Made by a program: the position numbers and the translations under genes. Source: Eubacteriales bacterium (GTDB lineage Bacteria > Bacillota > Clostridia > Oscillospirales > CAG-382). From it: a stretch of 64,000 bases of DNA. The notes beneath the pieces are model-generated. The model was not told where the DNA came from. It saw only the letters and a list, made by a program, of their open reading frames with translations, and did not search any database. Below, one piece after another: positions 28,257 through 37,224 of the stretch (its first letter is position 1; every line of letters starts with the position of its first letter). The DNA lies in assembly GCA_028702135.1 (NCBI GenBank), contig JAQVPJ010000008.1, forward strand, positions 11,861 through 75,860. Direction: 5' to 3'.

Positions 28257-29534
28257 ATGAAAATTCTACTAAAAGATATGCTCTGCGTTATCGATGATAA
28301 AGCAGTCAGGAGTGATATTTATATTAACGGCGGAACAATTTTAGCGGTTGGAGAGAAGCCTCTGGATTTTATTGCCGATAAAATCATTTCAGGCAGGGAC
28401 AGGCTCGCCATTCCCGCACTTATTAACTGCCATACACATTCGTATATGTCGGTATTCCGCAATATCGCTGATGACCTGCCCTTTAATGAGTGGTTGTTTG
28501 ACAGAATTATGCCGCTTGAGAATATTATAGATTCATCGGATGCATACTGGGGATGTCTGCTCGCCTGTATAGAGATGATACGGAGCGGTACTTCTACCTT
28601 CTGTGATATGCATATGTTCCCGAATACAACACCCGAGGCGGCCCTGAAAAGCGGAATGCGTGCCGTTGTCACAAGGGGACTTTCGGGAGGAGGCGGGGAT
28701 ACCGGCGGTTCGCGCCGGATTAACGAAGCGATCGCAGAAATAGAAATGTTTTCGGGCGAGGAGCTTTTGAGCTTTATGATAGCACCGCATGCCGTTTATA
28801 CCTGTGACAGGGAATATCTTCTGAAAGCAGTAAAGCTTGCGGAAAAGCTGTCTCTTCCGCTTAACACGCACCTTTCTGAATCCGCTTTCGAGGTTTCTTC
28901 CTGTATTTCCGAAAACGGACTCACTCCTGTCGGGTATCTTGACTCTCTTGGGTTTTTCAGGCAAAAAACACTTGCCGCACATTGTGTTCACATAACTGAG
29001 GAGGATATGGATATCCTCGCTGAAAACAGCGTCAGCGTTGCTGTAAACGCAAAGAGCAACCTTAAGCTCGGTAACGGTATAGCACCGGTGAAGCGACTGC
29101 TTGAAAAGGGAGTGAACATATGCCTCGGAACAGACGGCGCGGCTTCGAACAACTCGCTCAATCTGTTCTCGGAGATGAATTTCAATTCCCTTCTGCATAA
29201 AGGGATCAGCGGCGATGCTTCGGCAGTTTCAGCCGCCGATGTGTTCTCTTTTGCAACGGAGAACGCGGCGAACGCTCTTGGTATAGAAAAAACAGGTAAA
29301 ATAAAAGCCGGTTATAAAGCGGATATTGCGATTCTTGACACCTCTTGTCCGCAGATGCAGCCCATGAACAACCCTGTTAGCGCCCTGTGTTATTCCGCAA
29401 ACGGCGGAGAGGTTGTCACTACAATAATTAACGGAAAAATCGTTATGGAAGACCGCGTTTTAACCGAAATAGATGAACAAGAGGTCTATTATAACATTGA
29501 ACGAATCAAAAAGAAGCTAAAGGAGAAAAGGTAA
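28257..29534 (+). CDS. mtaD: 5-methylthioadenosine/S-adenosylhomocysteine deaminase (amidohydrolase)
   Basis: 425 aa with the metal ligands NCHTHSYM. HAVYTC, HLSES and GTDGAASNN are typical of MtaD/TM0936-type deaminases. Confidence 0.85.
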   Translation: MKILLKDMLCVIDDKAVRSDIYINGGTILAVGEKPLDFIADKIISGRDRLAIPALINCHTHSYMSVFRNIADDLPFNEWLFDRIMPLENIIDSSDAYWGCLLACIEMIRSGTSTFCDMHMFPNTTPEAALKSGMRAVVTRGLSGGGGDTGGSRRINEAIAEIEMFSGEELLSFMIAPHAVYTCDREYLLKAVKLAEKLSLPLNTHLSESAFEVSSCISENGLTPVGYLDSLGFFRQKTLAAHCVHITEEDMDILAENSVSVAVNAKSNLKLGNGIAPVKRLLEKGVNICLGTDGAASNNSLNLFSEMNFNSLLHKGISGDASAVSAADVFSFATENAANALGIEKTGKIKAGYKADIAILDTSCPQMQPMNNPVSALCYSANGGEVVTTIINGKIVMEDRVLTEIDEQEVYYNIERIKKKLKEKR

Positions 29535-30781
29535 TGCAGACATACGATATTAAAGATACCGGTCTGTGGAAGAGCGGAAAAATAAAGATAGAGTGGGTTA
29601 AACGAAATATGCCCCTTTTAAGAGGTATTGAGGAAGAATTTGCCGTAACAAAACCTTTTGCGGGCTTGAGAGTGGCTCTTTCTGTGCATCTTGAGGCAAA
29701 AACCGCATATCTCTGTAAGGTGCTCGCCTCCGGCGGTGCAGAGATGTATATTACCGGCAGCAACCCTCTCTCCACACAGGATGATGTCGCTGCCGCGCTC
29801 GTACATGACGGCATGAATGTTTATGCCGTTCACGGCTGCTCACAGGAGGTTTATGATGCAAACCTTTGCAGAGTGATAGAGCCGGCACCGAATATAATCA
29901 TAGATGACGGCGGCGATCTGGTTAGTCTGATACACACTAAATACCCCGAACTTATAAACAATGTTATCGGCGGTTGCGAGGAGACCACAACGGGAATAAT
30001 CCGACTTATTGCCATGAATAAGGAAAAAGCACTTAAATTCCCTATGGTTCTGGTAAACAACGCCGACTGTAAGCATCTGTTTGACAACCGATACGGAACC
30101 GGACAGTCTGTATGGGATGGTATAAACCGTACTACAAATCTTATCGTCGCGGGTAAGAACGTCGTCGTGGCGGGCTACGGTTGGTGCGGCAAGGGTGTTG
30201 CCATGCGCGCTAAGGGTTTGGGAGCGGAGGTTATCGTAACCGAGGTTGATCCGATAAAAGCAATGGAAGCTGTAATGGACGGTTTTAAAATTATGAGAAT
30301 GAGCGAAGCAGCGGCTATCGGCGACTTCTTCATTACCGTAACCGGCTGCTGCGAGGTTATAACCAAAGAGCATTTTCTTTTGATGAAGGACGATGCGATA
30401 CTCTCGAATGCGGGGCATTTTGATGTTGAAGTCGATATGGAAACGCTAAAGAAAATGGCTGTTTCAAAATACACTGCCCGCAACAATATAGAGGGATACC
30501 GGCTGGATAACGGAAAAACCGTTTTCGTCATCGCCGAGGGCAGGCTTGTAAATATCTGTGCGGGGGACGGTCACCCTGCCGAGATAATGGATATGTCATT
30601 TGCAATACAGGCTCTTTCTGCTCAGCATCTTGTAAAGAATCAAGGGAACTTTAAGGATATGATTATTGATGTCCCCCGCGAGGTCGATTTGGAGGTCGCT
30701 AAAAGAAAGATAAACTACTGGGGTTTTGAGATAGATACGCTTACCGAAAAACAGGAAAAATATCTTAATAACTGGCAGTAA
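29534..30781 (+). CDS. ahcY: adenosylhomocysteinase (short archaeal/Thermotoga-type)
   Basis: 415 aa with IIDDGGDL, EETTTG, VAGYGWCGKG (NAD fold) and GHFDVE. The ATG overlaps the mtaD stop (TAATG). Confidence 0.93.
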   Translation: MQTYDIKDTGLWKSGKIKIEWVKRNMPLLRGIEEEFAVTKPFAGLRVALSVHLEAKTAYLCKVLASGGAEMYITGSNPLSTQDDVAAALVHDGMNVYAVHGCSQEVYDANLCRVIEPAPNIIIDDGGDLVSLIHTKYPELINNVIGGCEETTTGIIRLIAMNKEKALKFPMVLVNNADCKHLFDNRYGTGQSVWDGINRTTNLIVAGKNVVVAGYGWCGKGVAMRAKGLGAEVIVTEVDPIKAMEAVMDGFKIMRMSEAAAIGDFFITVTGCCEVITKEHFLLMKDDAILSNAGHFDVEVDMETLKKMAVSKYTARNNIEGYRLDNGKTVFVIAEGRLVNICAGDGHPAEIMDMSFAIQALSAQHLVKNQGNFKDMIIDVPREVDLEVAKRKINYWGFEIDTLTEKQEKYLNNWQ

Positions 30782-30932
30782 GTTTTTATAGTACAACGGA
30801 ACTCTGTTTATTTTACAAAAAAATATTTTATGTCCTCAGGCGAAGCGGCTGTTATGTATGGACGTTCAATTAAAAACAGCATAAATGATGTCGAAAATTA
30901 TATTAAGAATAAATTAAGAAAGAAGATTTAAA

Positions 30933-31631
30933 ATGTCTACACCACATAATAAAGCAGAGATAGGTCAGATAGCTAAAACCGTATTTATGTGCGGTGACCC
31001 GCTGCGTGCCGAGTATATAGCAAAGAATTATCTAAAGGACGCTATTAAGGTAACCGAGGTTCGGAATATGTACGGGTTTACGGGCAGTTATAACGGCAGG
31101 GAGATTTCCGTTATGGGGCACGGCATGGGTATGCCTTCGATAGGAATATATACCTATGAGCTTTATAATCATTATGATGTTGACAGCATTATAAGGGTAG
31201 GCTCGGCCGGCGGACTTGCAGATAATATCAACCTCCGGGACATTGTAATAGGCATGGGCGCCTGCACAGACAGTAATTTCGCTTGGCAGTATGAGCTGCC
31301 CGGAACTTTTTCCGCAATAGCGGATTACTCCCTGATGCAAAGAGCCATAGCTTCGGCGGAAAAACAAGGCGTGCCTGTTGCGGTGGGAAATATTCTATCC
31401 ACCGACGTCTTCTACAGCCCGAAATCATCGAACGAAAAGTGGCGTTCCATGGGAGTGCTCGCGGTTGAGATGGAGGCAGCAGCTCTTTATATGAACGCTG
31501 CCAAATGCGGTAAGAAGGCGTTGTGCATCTGCACCATATCAGACCATCTTTTCAAATCGGAATTGTTATCGGTAGAGGAAAGGCAGACCGGCTTTGACAC
31601 CATGATAAAGGTTGCTCTCGGAATGCTTTAA
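30933..31631 (+). CDS. deoD: purine nucleoside phosphorylase, DeoD type
   Basis: 232 aa with MSTPHN...GDPLRA...HGMGMPS...VGSAGG...EMEAAALY. Confidence 0.93.
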   Translation: MSTPHNKAEIGQIAKTVFMCGDPLRAEYIAKNYLKDAIKVTEVRNMYGFTGSYNGREISVMGHGMGMPSIGIYTYELYNHYDVDSIIRVGSAGGLADNINLRDIVIGMGACTDSNFAWQYELPGTFSAIADYSLMQRAIASAEKQGVPVAVGNILSTDVFYSPKSSNEKWRSMGVLAVEMEAAALYMNAAKCGKKALCICTISDHLFKSELLSVEERQTGFDTMIKVALGML

Positions 31632-31676
31632 AACTTGAATTGAACCGCGGTACAACTCGTACGGAAGGAACAACAG

Positions 31677-33764
31677 ATGATAAACAGATCGGTAAAAACC
31701 TATATTTTATTATTCGCAGCGGTTTTCGCACTAACCTCCTGCAGCATTATTAAGGGCGGTGAGAGCGACACAGATGAAGCGTCAACCACTTCTCACGTCA
31801 GCGGGGATGAGAGTACCTATACAGTGGATATCGGGCTTGACTTGTCGATTGATCCTGTTACCGAGGACGAGGATGATGTCCTTGGCCCTGATGACGGCGT
31901 ATTGCAGAACGAAAAAGTAATTTTTTCTGAAAACGGGATCACAGTAGAGTCGGGAACCGGAGATATTCATGATGATAACGGGAGCGGAGCTTCGGTTTCG
32001 GATAGGACCGTTACCATCACGGAGCCCGGTGTTTATACTTTTAACGGAAGCCTCACTGACGGTCAGATTATTGTCGATGCCGACAAGGAGGATACTGTGG
32101 AGCTGGTTCTCGGCGGTGTTACGATAAGTAGCGATAAGGGCGCGGCGATTTACGGGAAGAGCTCCGGCAGGATAATAATTACGCTCGCAGACGGAACTGA
32201 TAACACCGTTTCGGACGCGGAAAGCTACGAGAATATTAACGATGACTCCAACGCTGCGATTTATTCAAAAGATGATATAGTAATAAAAGGAAAAGGGAGC
32301 CTTGTCGTAAACGGAAATTACGACAACGGAATATCTTCATCCAACGATATAAAGTTTATAGGCGGAAAGGTTACTGTAAACAGCGTTAATACGGCTATAC
32401 GCGGCAAGGACAGCGTGAAAATAGGAGAGGGAACCGAACTGACTGTAAGTTCGGGCGGAGATGCGATAAAAGCGACGGACGATACTTCACGGGACAGTGG
32501 TTTTATAACTATTACCGGCGGAGTGCTGACAATCAGGTGCGACGAGGACGGAATCGAAGCGTATAACCGTGTCGCTATTTCCGCAGGGATAATCGATATC
32601 ATCACAGGCGGCGGAAGCGGTAATACGGTCGCAGACGGCAGAAGCGCAAAAGCGGTCAAAAGCGATACTGCTATTGAAATCTCCGGCGGAAAGCTCAGTC
32701 TCAACTCGGCGGATAAGGCGATGAAATCCGACGGACATATCTCTATTACAGACGGCGAATTTAAAATAGATTCTTGTTTTGACGGAATTGAATCCGAGGG
32801 TATGCTGTCTATAGCAAACGGCAGCTATGAGATCAACGCAGGTGGTGGAAGTCCGGAATCATCGGAGAGCCGTAAAGCTCTAAAGAGCGATGCAGGCATT
32901 ATTATCGGCGGCGGCAGCTTTGTTATTGTTTCCTCAGACGATGCAGTTCACTGTGCGGAAAATCTCGAAATAAAAGGCGGATCATTTACAATTTCATCGC
33001 AAGACGATGCAATCCATGCGGACAAAGCGGTGTTGATATTTGGCGGTAAAATTGATGTATTAAGTGCCTTTGAGGGACTTGAAGGCAGCTCTGTAACTAT
33101 TTCCGGAGGTCATACAAGGATAAATGCGAGTGACGACGGCATCAACACCGCAGGCGGCTCCGATTCTAATGAAGCAGGCAAACCGGGTAAAGACAATTTT
33201 GCAGGAAGCGATTACAATGTTGCCATCAGCGACGGTTATGTCTTTATAGATGCGGATGGCGACGGTATCGATGCAAACGGCGCAATTGAGATAAGCGGCG
33301 GAACTCTTATCATTTGCGGCCCCACCGAAAACGATAACAGTACGCTTGACTATAATAAAGGGTTCAAGATGTCGGGGGGACTGCTTGTTGCTTCGGGAAG
33401 CAGCGGTATGGCTCAGGGTATCGGCACGAACTCCACACAATACGGAGTGCTTGCGGGCTTTGCTCCTCAGGCTGCGAACACATTGATAAGAGTTCAGGAT
33501 TCAGACGGAAATGATATTGTTACTTTCTCACCGAATAAGCAATATTCCTCTCTTGTAATATGCACGCCGAAGCTTGAAAAAGACAAAACCTATACTATTA
33601 TGCTGGGCGGCAGCTGCACAGGAGATGTAAAGGACGGCTTATATTCCGGCGGTGATTATTCGGGAGGCACGAAAAATGCGGAATTTACCGTTTCCTCTGT
33701 TTCAACAGTAGTCGGAGAAATCGGCGGTATGGGTGATCCGAGGGGACCGAACAAAAGACGCTGA
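31677..33764 (+). CDS. lipoprotein with a Cthe_2159-like carbohydrate-binding parallel beta-helix domain
   Basis: Lipobox LTSC at residues 19-22 followed by an acidic linker. More than 10 coil repeats of about 22-25 aa carry D(D/G)(A/G)I(H/K/E)(A/S) rungs (GDAIKA, EDGIEA, DDAVHC, DDAIHA, DDGINT, GDGIDA). Confidence 0.65.
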   Translation: MINRSVKTYILLFAAVFALTSCSIIKGGESDTDEASTTSHVSGDESTYTVDIGLDLSIDPVTEDEDDVLGPDDGVLQNEKVIFSENGITVESGTGDIHDDNGSGASVSDRTVTITEPGVYTFNGSLTDGQIIVDADKEDTVELVLGGVTISSDKGAAIYGKSSGRIIITLADGTDNTVSDAESYENINDDSNAAIYSKDDIVIKGKGSLVVNGNYDNGISSSNDIKFIGGKVTVNSVNTAIRGKDSVKIGEGTELTVSSGGDAIKATDDTSRDSGFITITGGVLTIRCDEDGIEAYNRVAISAGIIDIITGGGSGNTVADGRSAKAVKSDTAIEISGGKLSLNSADKAMKSDGHISITDGEFKIDSCFDGIESEGMLSIANGSYEINAGGGSPESSESRKALKSDAGIIIGGGSFVIVSSDDAVHCAENLEIKGGSFTISSQDDAIHADKAVLIFGGKIDVLSAFEGLEGSSVTISGGHTRINASDDGINTAGGSDSNEAGKPGKDNFAGSDYNVAISDGYVFIDADGDGIDANGAIEISGGTLIICGPTENDNSTLDYNKGFKMSGGLLVASGSSGMAQGIGTNSTQYGVLAGFAPQAANTLIRVQDSDGNDIVTFSPNKQYSSLVICTPKLEKDKTYTIMLGGSCTGDVKDGLYSGGDYSGGTKNAEFTVSSVSTVVGEIGGMGDPRGPNKRR

Positions 33765-33785
33765 AAAACGCATGGAGGTGATGGT

Positions 33786-34583
33786 GTGTCGTCAAATCAG
33801 GAAAAAATACTCAATCTTTACAGCGGAGGAACCGAAGAAAACAGGGATATAAAATCAAGGTACTCAGGCATGGAGTTTTACTATACAAAAAAGATTTTAT
33901 CCAAATATATAAAAAAGAACTCCGATGTTGTGGAAATAGGATGCGCAACGGGATATTACGGAATGCATTTCGCAAATAGCTGCAAGGAATATGTGGGCAT
34001 CGATTTATGCTCCGACAATATTGATGCTTTCAACGTCAAAATAAACAATTCCGTTATGAAAAATCTGCGAGCGGAAGTCGGGGACGCAACTTGTTTACAT
34101 AATGTTGCTGATAAGAGCTTCGATGTTGTATTGTGCTTAGGACCTATGTATCATCTGCCCGATGAGGAGAGAGAATCAGCTTTTAAGGAGTGCAAAAGAA
34201 TCGCAAGAGAGGGTGCTGTGATTGCGTTCTCGTACATAAACGGAATCGGTGTTTACGCCGGAGCTTGTGCCAATGATAAATGGAGAAGTATTTATCCGAA
34301 CAAAAATACTAACAAACACGTTTTTGAATACAAAACCGACGACGAAAAACCGGGTGTTTTCTTCTTTACCTCGCCGGAGGAAATGGAGGAAACAGCAAAA
34401 AGGCAGGGACTTGAGGTTTTAGAAAACCATGGTCTTGATTTCCTTTTCTTTGCAAGCGCTGTTGATATGATGAGCGACGAGAAGTACGGATGTTTTCTTG
34501 AGCTTACAGACAGGATGTGCGAGAACAGGTTCTGCACCGGTCTTGCAAATCATGCGCTTTTGATTTGTAAGAATACTAAATAA
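33786..34583 (+). CDS. class I SAM-dependent methyltransferase
   Basis: GTG start after a GGAGGTGA SD. Motif I is VVEIGCATGYYG, with a post-I acidic residue in GIDL. 265 aa. Confidence 0.8.
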   Translation: MSSNQEKILNLYSGGTEENRDIKSRYSGMEFYYTKKILSKYIKKNSDVVEIGCATGYYGMHFANSCKEYVGIDLCSDNIDAFNVKINNSVMKNLRAEVGDATCLHNVADKSFDVVLCLGPMYHLPDEERESAFKECKRIAREGAVIAFSYINGIGVYAGACANDKWRSIYPNKNTNKHVFEYKTDDEKPGVFFFTSPEEMEETAKRQGLEVLENHGLDFLFFASAVDMMSDEKYGCFLELTDRMCENRFCTGLANHALLICKNTK

Positions 34584-34609
34584 TATACATTTGTTTGCTG
34601 ATAAACATC

Positions 34610-34647
34610 GCAGGGCGGGATATTTGCTCCCGCCCTGCACTTTTTTT
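34610..34647. terminator. intrinsic terminator between convergent methyltransferase and nadA
   Basis: Perfect 11-bp stem GCAGGGCGGGA, loop TATTTGC, TCCCGCCCTGC, followed by ACTTTTTTT. Confidence 0.8.
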
Positions 34648-34665
34648 AGTTATTATTCTTTTGTA

Positions 34666-35583
34666 TCAGCCGCCTAACCGAATCATCTCGTCGATACAGA
34701 TTCTCGCCTTTGATATCGTTTCCTCGTCAAGCTCTATCGGATAGCCCCTGTCCTTTACCACCGCATTGTACACGTCCATAAGTGTGGTTAGCTTCATATT
34801 CGGGCAGATGAGCTTTTTTGACAACGGATAAAATTCCTTGTCCGGAAGGTCATACTGCAAATGCTCAGCTATGCTGTTCTCCGTACCGATAATAAATTCT
34901 TTATGATTGCTGTTTCTTGCGTATTCCATAATCGCACTTGTCGAGCCTATGAAATCAGCCAGATCGAGAACCTCTTTTCTGCACTCGGGATGCGCTAAAA
35001 ACAGAGCATTGGGATGATTTTTCTTTGCGTTCTGTGCATCACGGCGTGTCATTGCCGCATGAATGGGGCAACCGCCCTGTAATAATGCAATATTTTTTTC
35101 CGGGCATTGCTCGGCAACATAAGCTCCGAGATTGCAGTCGGGTATAAACAGAATGTTCTTGTCGGGCATCGCTTTGATAATCTTCACCGCGCTGGAACTT
35201 GTAACACATACATCGCAAACCGTTTTGAGAGAGGCTGTCGTGTTTATATACGTGACAACCTTATAACCTTTGTATGCGGATGCCTTAAGCTTCTCGATAT
35301 ATTCCTTGTCCATCTGCTCCGCCATAGGGCAACCCGCCTCTTTGCTGGCTAAATATACGTTCTTATCGGGAGCGAGGATCTTCGCTGTCTCTGCCATAAA
35401 CCTAACGCCGCACATCAGAATACTCCTCTGATTCGCATTTTTTGCCCAAACCGCGAGCTTATACGAATCGCCCACATAATCGGCAACCTCACAAATCTCA
35501 CGCGCCTGATAGCTATGAGCGATAATACATATATCTTTTTCTCTTTTAATTCTTATAATCTCATCCTGTAAATCCCTTATCAT
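34666..35583 (-). CDS. nadA: quinolinate synthase
   Basis: The start is set at MIRDLQDEIIRIKREKDICIIAHSYQ (ATG 35583, about 305 aa), the usual NadA N-terminus and length. The 47 upstream in-frame codons do not look native. Confidence 0.9.
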   Translation of the reverse strand: MIRDLQDEIIRIKREKDICIIAHSYQAREICEVADYVGDSYKLAVWAKNANQRSILMCGVRFMAETAKILAPDKNVYLASKEAGCPMAEQMDKEYIEKLKASAYKGYKVVTYINTTASLKTVCDVCVTSSSAVKIIKAMPDKNILFIPDCNLGAYVAEQCPEKNIALLQGGCPIHAAMTRRDAQNAKKNHPNALFLAHPECRKEVLDLADFIGSTSAIMEYARNSNHKEFIIGTENSIAEHLQYDLPDKEFYPLSKKLICPNMKLTTLMDVYNAVVKDRGYPIELDEETISKARICIDEMIRLGG

Positions 35584-35728
35584 AAAGCACCACACCTTTC
35601 CACTGAGCAGCGCCAATCTTATACCCCTTACGAGAAAGAGCATAATATAAAATATAATGCGCGAAAACAGCGATTTTATTTCGATGTAAATATCCGATTT
35701 TCCGTAATATTTTACCTGAAACATAAAT

Positions 35729-35757
35729 ATTATACTCTGTATTCATTTTTTTTGCAA
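35729..35757 (-). promoter_or_regulatory. sigma-A promoter upstream of nadA
   Basis: The minus strand reads TTGCAA, a 17 nt spacer, then TATAAT. This implies a leader of about 140 nt before the nadA ATG. Confidence 0.5.
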
Positions 35758-35858
35758 CTCATTTTTAAAGCGGTTTATTTTCGCTTTTCTTTTCAAAAAA
35801 ACGGTATATTTTTCCTGCAAATGATTATCATAATGAATGCAACGATTATTGGAAAGGA

Positions 35859-37145
35859 ATGAAAATCTTGAAGTCACTCAGAATTTTTTTCTTCTGCACT
35901 TTCATCGCCGTTTTGCTGATGACAGGGGTATCGGCGGCAAACAGCGACATATCTCCGGCAATAAGTTTTCTGCGTAAGACTACAACTCTTGACAAATGCT
36001 CGGTTGACGGCGAAACGGTCAGCTTCACAAAGGACGATTTTTTAGACACAGTGGGCGCCGATTTTGATTATATCGTAATCAGTACCCTGCCTTCGGACGG
36101 AGTTCTGACCCTCAATGGAGTTACTGTATCGACAGGACAGACAATTCCCGTCGCTTCGCTCGATTATCTGAAGTTTATGCCCTCCGGAAGCGAAGCGAAA
36201 ACCTGTAAATTCACCTTTACGACCCGTGCTTCCGGATGGGAGAACACCGATGTCGGATGCGTGATAAATATCCTTACGGACGACAATTTTTCACCGGTTG
36301 CATCCGGCGGCAGTCTTACAACAATGGAGAATATTACAGTATACGGAGAGCTTAAGGTTGTTGAGCCGGATAACGACAGCGTCACCTACAATATTATAAA
36401 ATTCCCGCGTAACGGTTATGCAAGAATAGGCGGCGACGGCAGTATAGTCTATACGCCAAGGAGAGGATATAACGGCTCCGATACGCTGATTTATACGGCG
36501 AGCGATAAATACGGCAACAAGTCCGCTGAAGCGAGGATTGACATTAAGGTTATAGAAAACGACAGCGGCATATACTTTGAAGACCTTAAAACGAGCAGAA
36601 TTCATCTCGACGCAATAGAAATGGCAAAAAACAATATTATGACATACTCATACGACAACGGCCTTTATCTTTTCAGCCCGTCCGCACAGGTCAGCCGCAT
36701 AGATTACCTTGTAATGCTAATGTCCGCTGCCGGACTTGATAAAGAGATGACGGCAGTCGCGGATACTGATTTTCTTGATGACGGTCAGCTCTCGACAGGA
36801 AGGAAGGGTTATCTTGCCAAAGCGCTTGCCCTTGGTATTGTCGATTTAGGACAGGGCATATTTGATCCGCTAAAAACAATAACAAAGGCAGAAGCCGCCG
36901 TAATGACCGCCTCTGCGCTATCTCTGCCCGAGCTTAGCGCAACACAGACTTTTGTCGATATAAATGAAGTTCCGCAATGGGCGGCAACAGCGGTTGCTTC
37001 ATCAACCAATTTAGGTATTTTTGAAGGCGACAAGGGGTATTTTTCACCAAATAAGCTGATGACCCGCGGAGATGTTGCGGGAGTACTGTCAAATGTGCTT
37101 TCGTATATCAAGGATAACAACGTAAAACCGATTGAAAACCTTTAG
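35859..37145 (+). CDS. secreted cell-wall-anchored protein with cadherin/Ig-like repeats and three C-terminal SLH domains
   Basis: Signal peptide ending VSAANS. Ig/cadherin-like module (DNDSVTYNIIKFPRNGYARIGGDGSIVYTPRRGYNGSDTLIYTASD). Three SLH-like segments (FEDL..., FLDD..., FVDINEVPQWA...). Confidence 0.75.
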   Translation: MKILKSLRIFFFCTFIAVLLMTGVSAANSDISPAISFLRKTTTLDKCSVDGETVSFTKDDFLDTVGADFDYIVISTLPSDGVLTLNGVTVSTGQTIPVASLDYLKFMPSGSEAKTCKFTFTTRASGWENTDVGCVINILTDDNFSPVASGGSLTTMENITVYGELKVVEPDNDSVTYNIIKFPRNGYARIGGDGSIVYTPRRGYNGSDTLIYTASDKYGNKSAEARIDIKVIENDSGIYFEDLKTSRIHLDAIEMAKNNIMTYSYDNGLYLFSPSAQVSRIDYLVMLMSAAGLDKEMTAVADTDFLDDGQLSTGRKGYLAKALALGIVDLGQGIFDPLKTITKAEAAVMTASALSLPELSATQTFVDINEVPQWAATAVASSTNLGIFEGDKGYFSPNKLMTRGDVAGVLSNVLSYIKDNNVKPIENL

Positions 37146-37166
37146 CAAGTCAAGATAGCCGAATAA

Positions 37167-37212
37167 AAGCCGCACTACCTTATTTCAGGTTGTGCGGCTT
37201 ATGTTTTTATTC
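37167..37212. terminator. bidirectional terminator between the SLH gene and ldhA
   Basis: AAGCCGCAC, a 16 nt loop, GTGCGGCTT. T-runs follow on both strands. Confidence 0.65.
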
Positions 37213-37224
37213 TGACAGGGATTG

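Noticed and set aside
28533-29198. A 221-aa ORF antisense to mtaD. Similar long antisense ORFs occur at 29840-30418, 37642-38280, 25713-26219, 11626-12168, 1983-2501, 44489-44992 and 48724-49218.
   Set aside because: All lie entirely inside well-supported conserved genes on the opposite strand. Their composition is low-complexity, Arg/Ser/Cys-rich or otherwise odd, and they have no SD. These are typical shadow ORFs.
30830-30931. A 33-aa ORF (MSSGEAAVMYGRSIKNSINDVENYIKNKLRKKI) fills the ahcY-deoD spacer and ends 1 nt before the deoD ATG.
   Set aside because: There is no Shine-Dalgarno sequence upstream and I recognise no homology. AT-rich spacers readily stay open by chance. It would only be worth checking if ribosome profiling data exist.
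35584-35724. The track ORF extends nadA by 47 N-terminal codons.
   Set aside because: The extension is hydrophobic and unlike NadA. The canonical NadA N-terminus and length begin at ATG 35583, which is preceded by GGAAAGGTGTGG. The extension is kept only as a leader curiosity (see findings).
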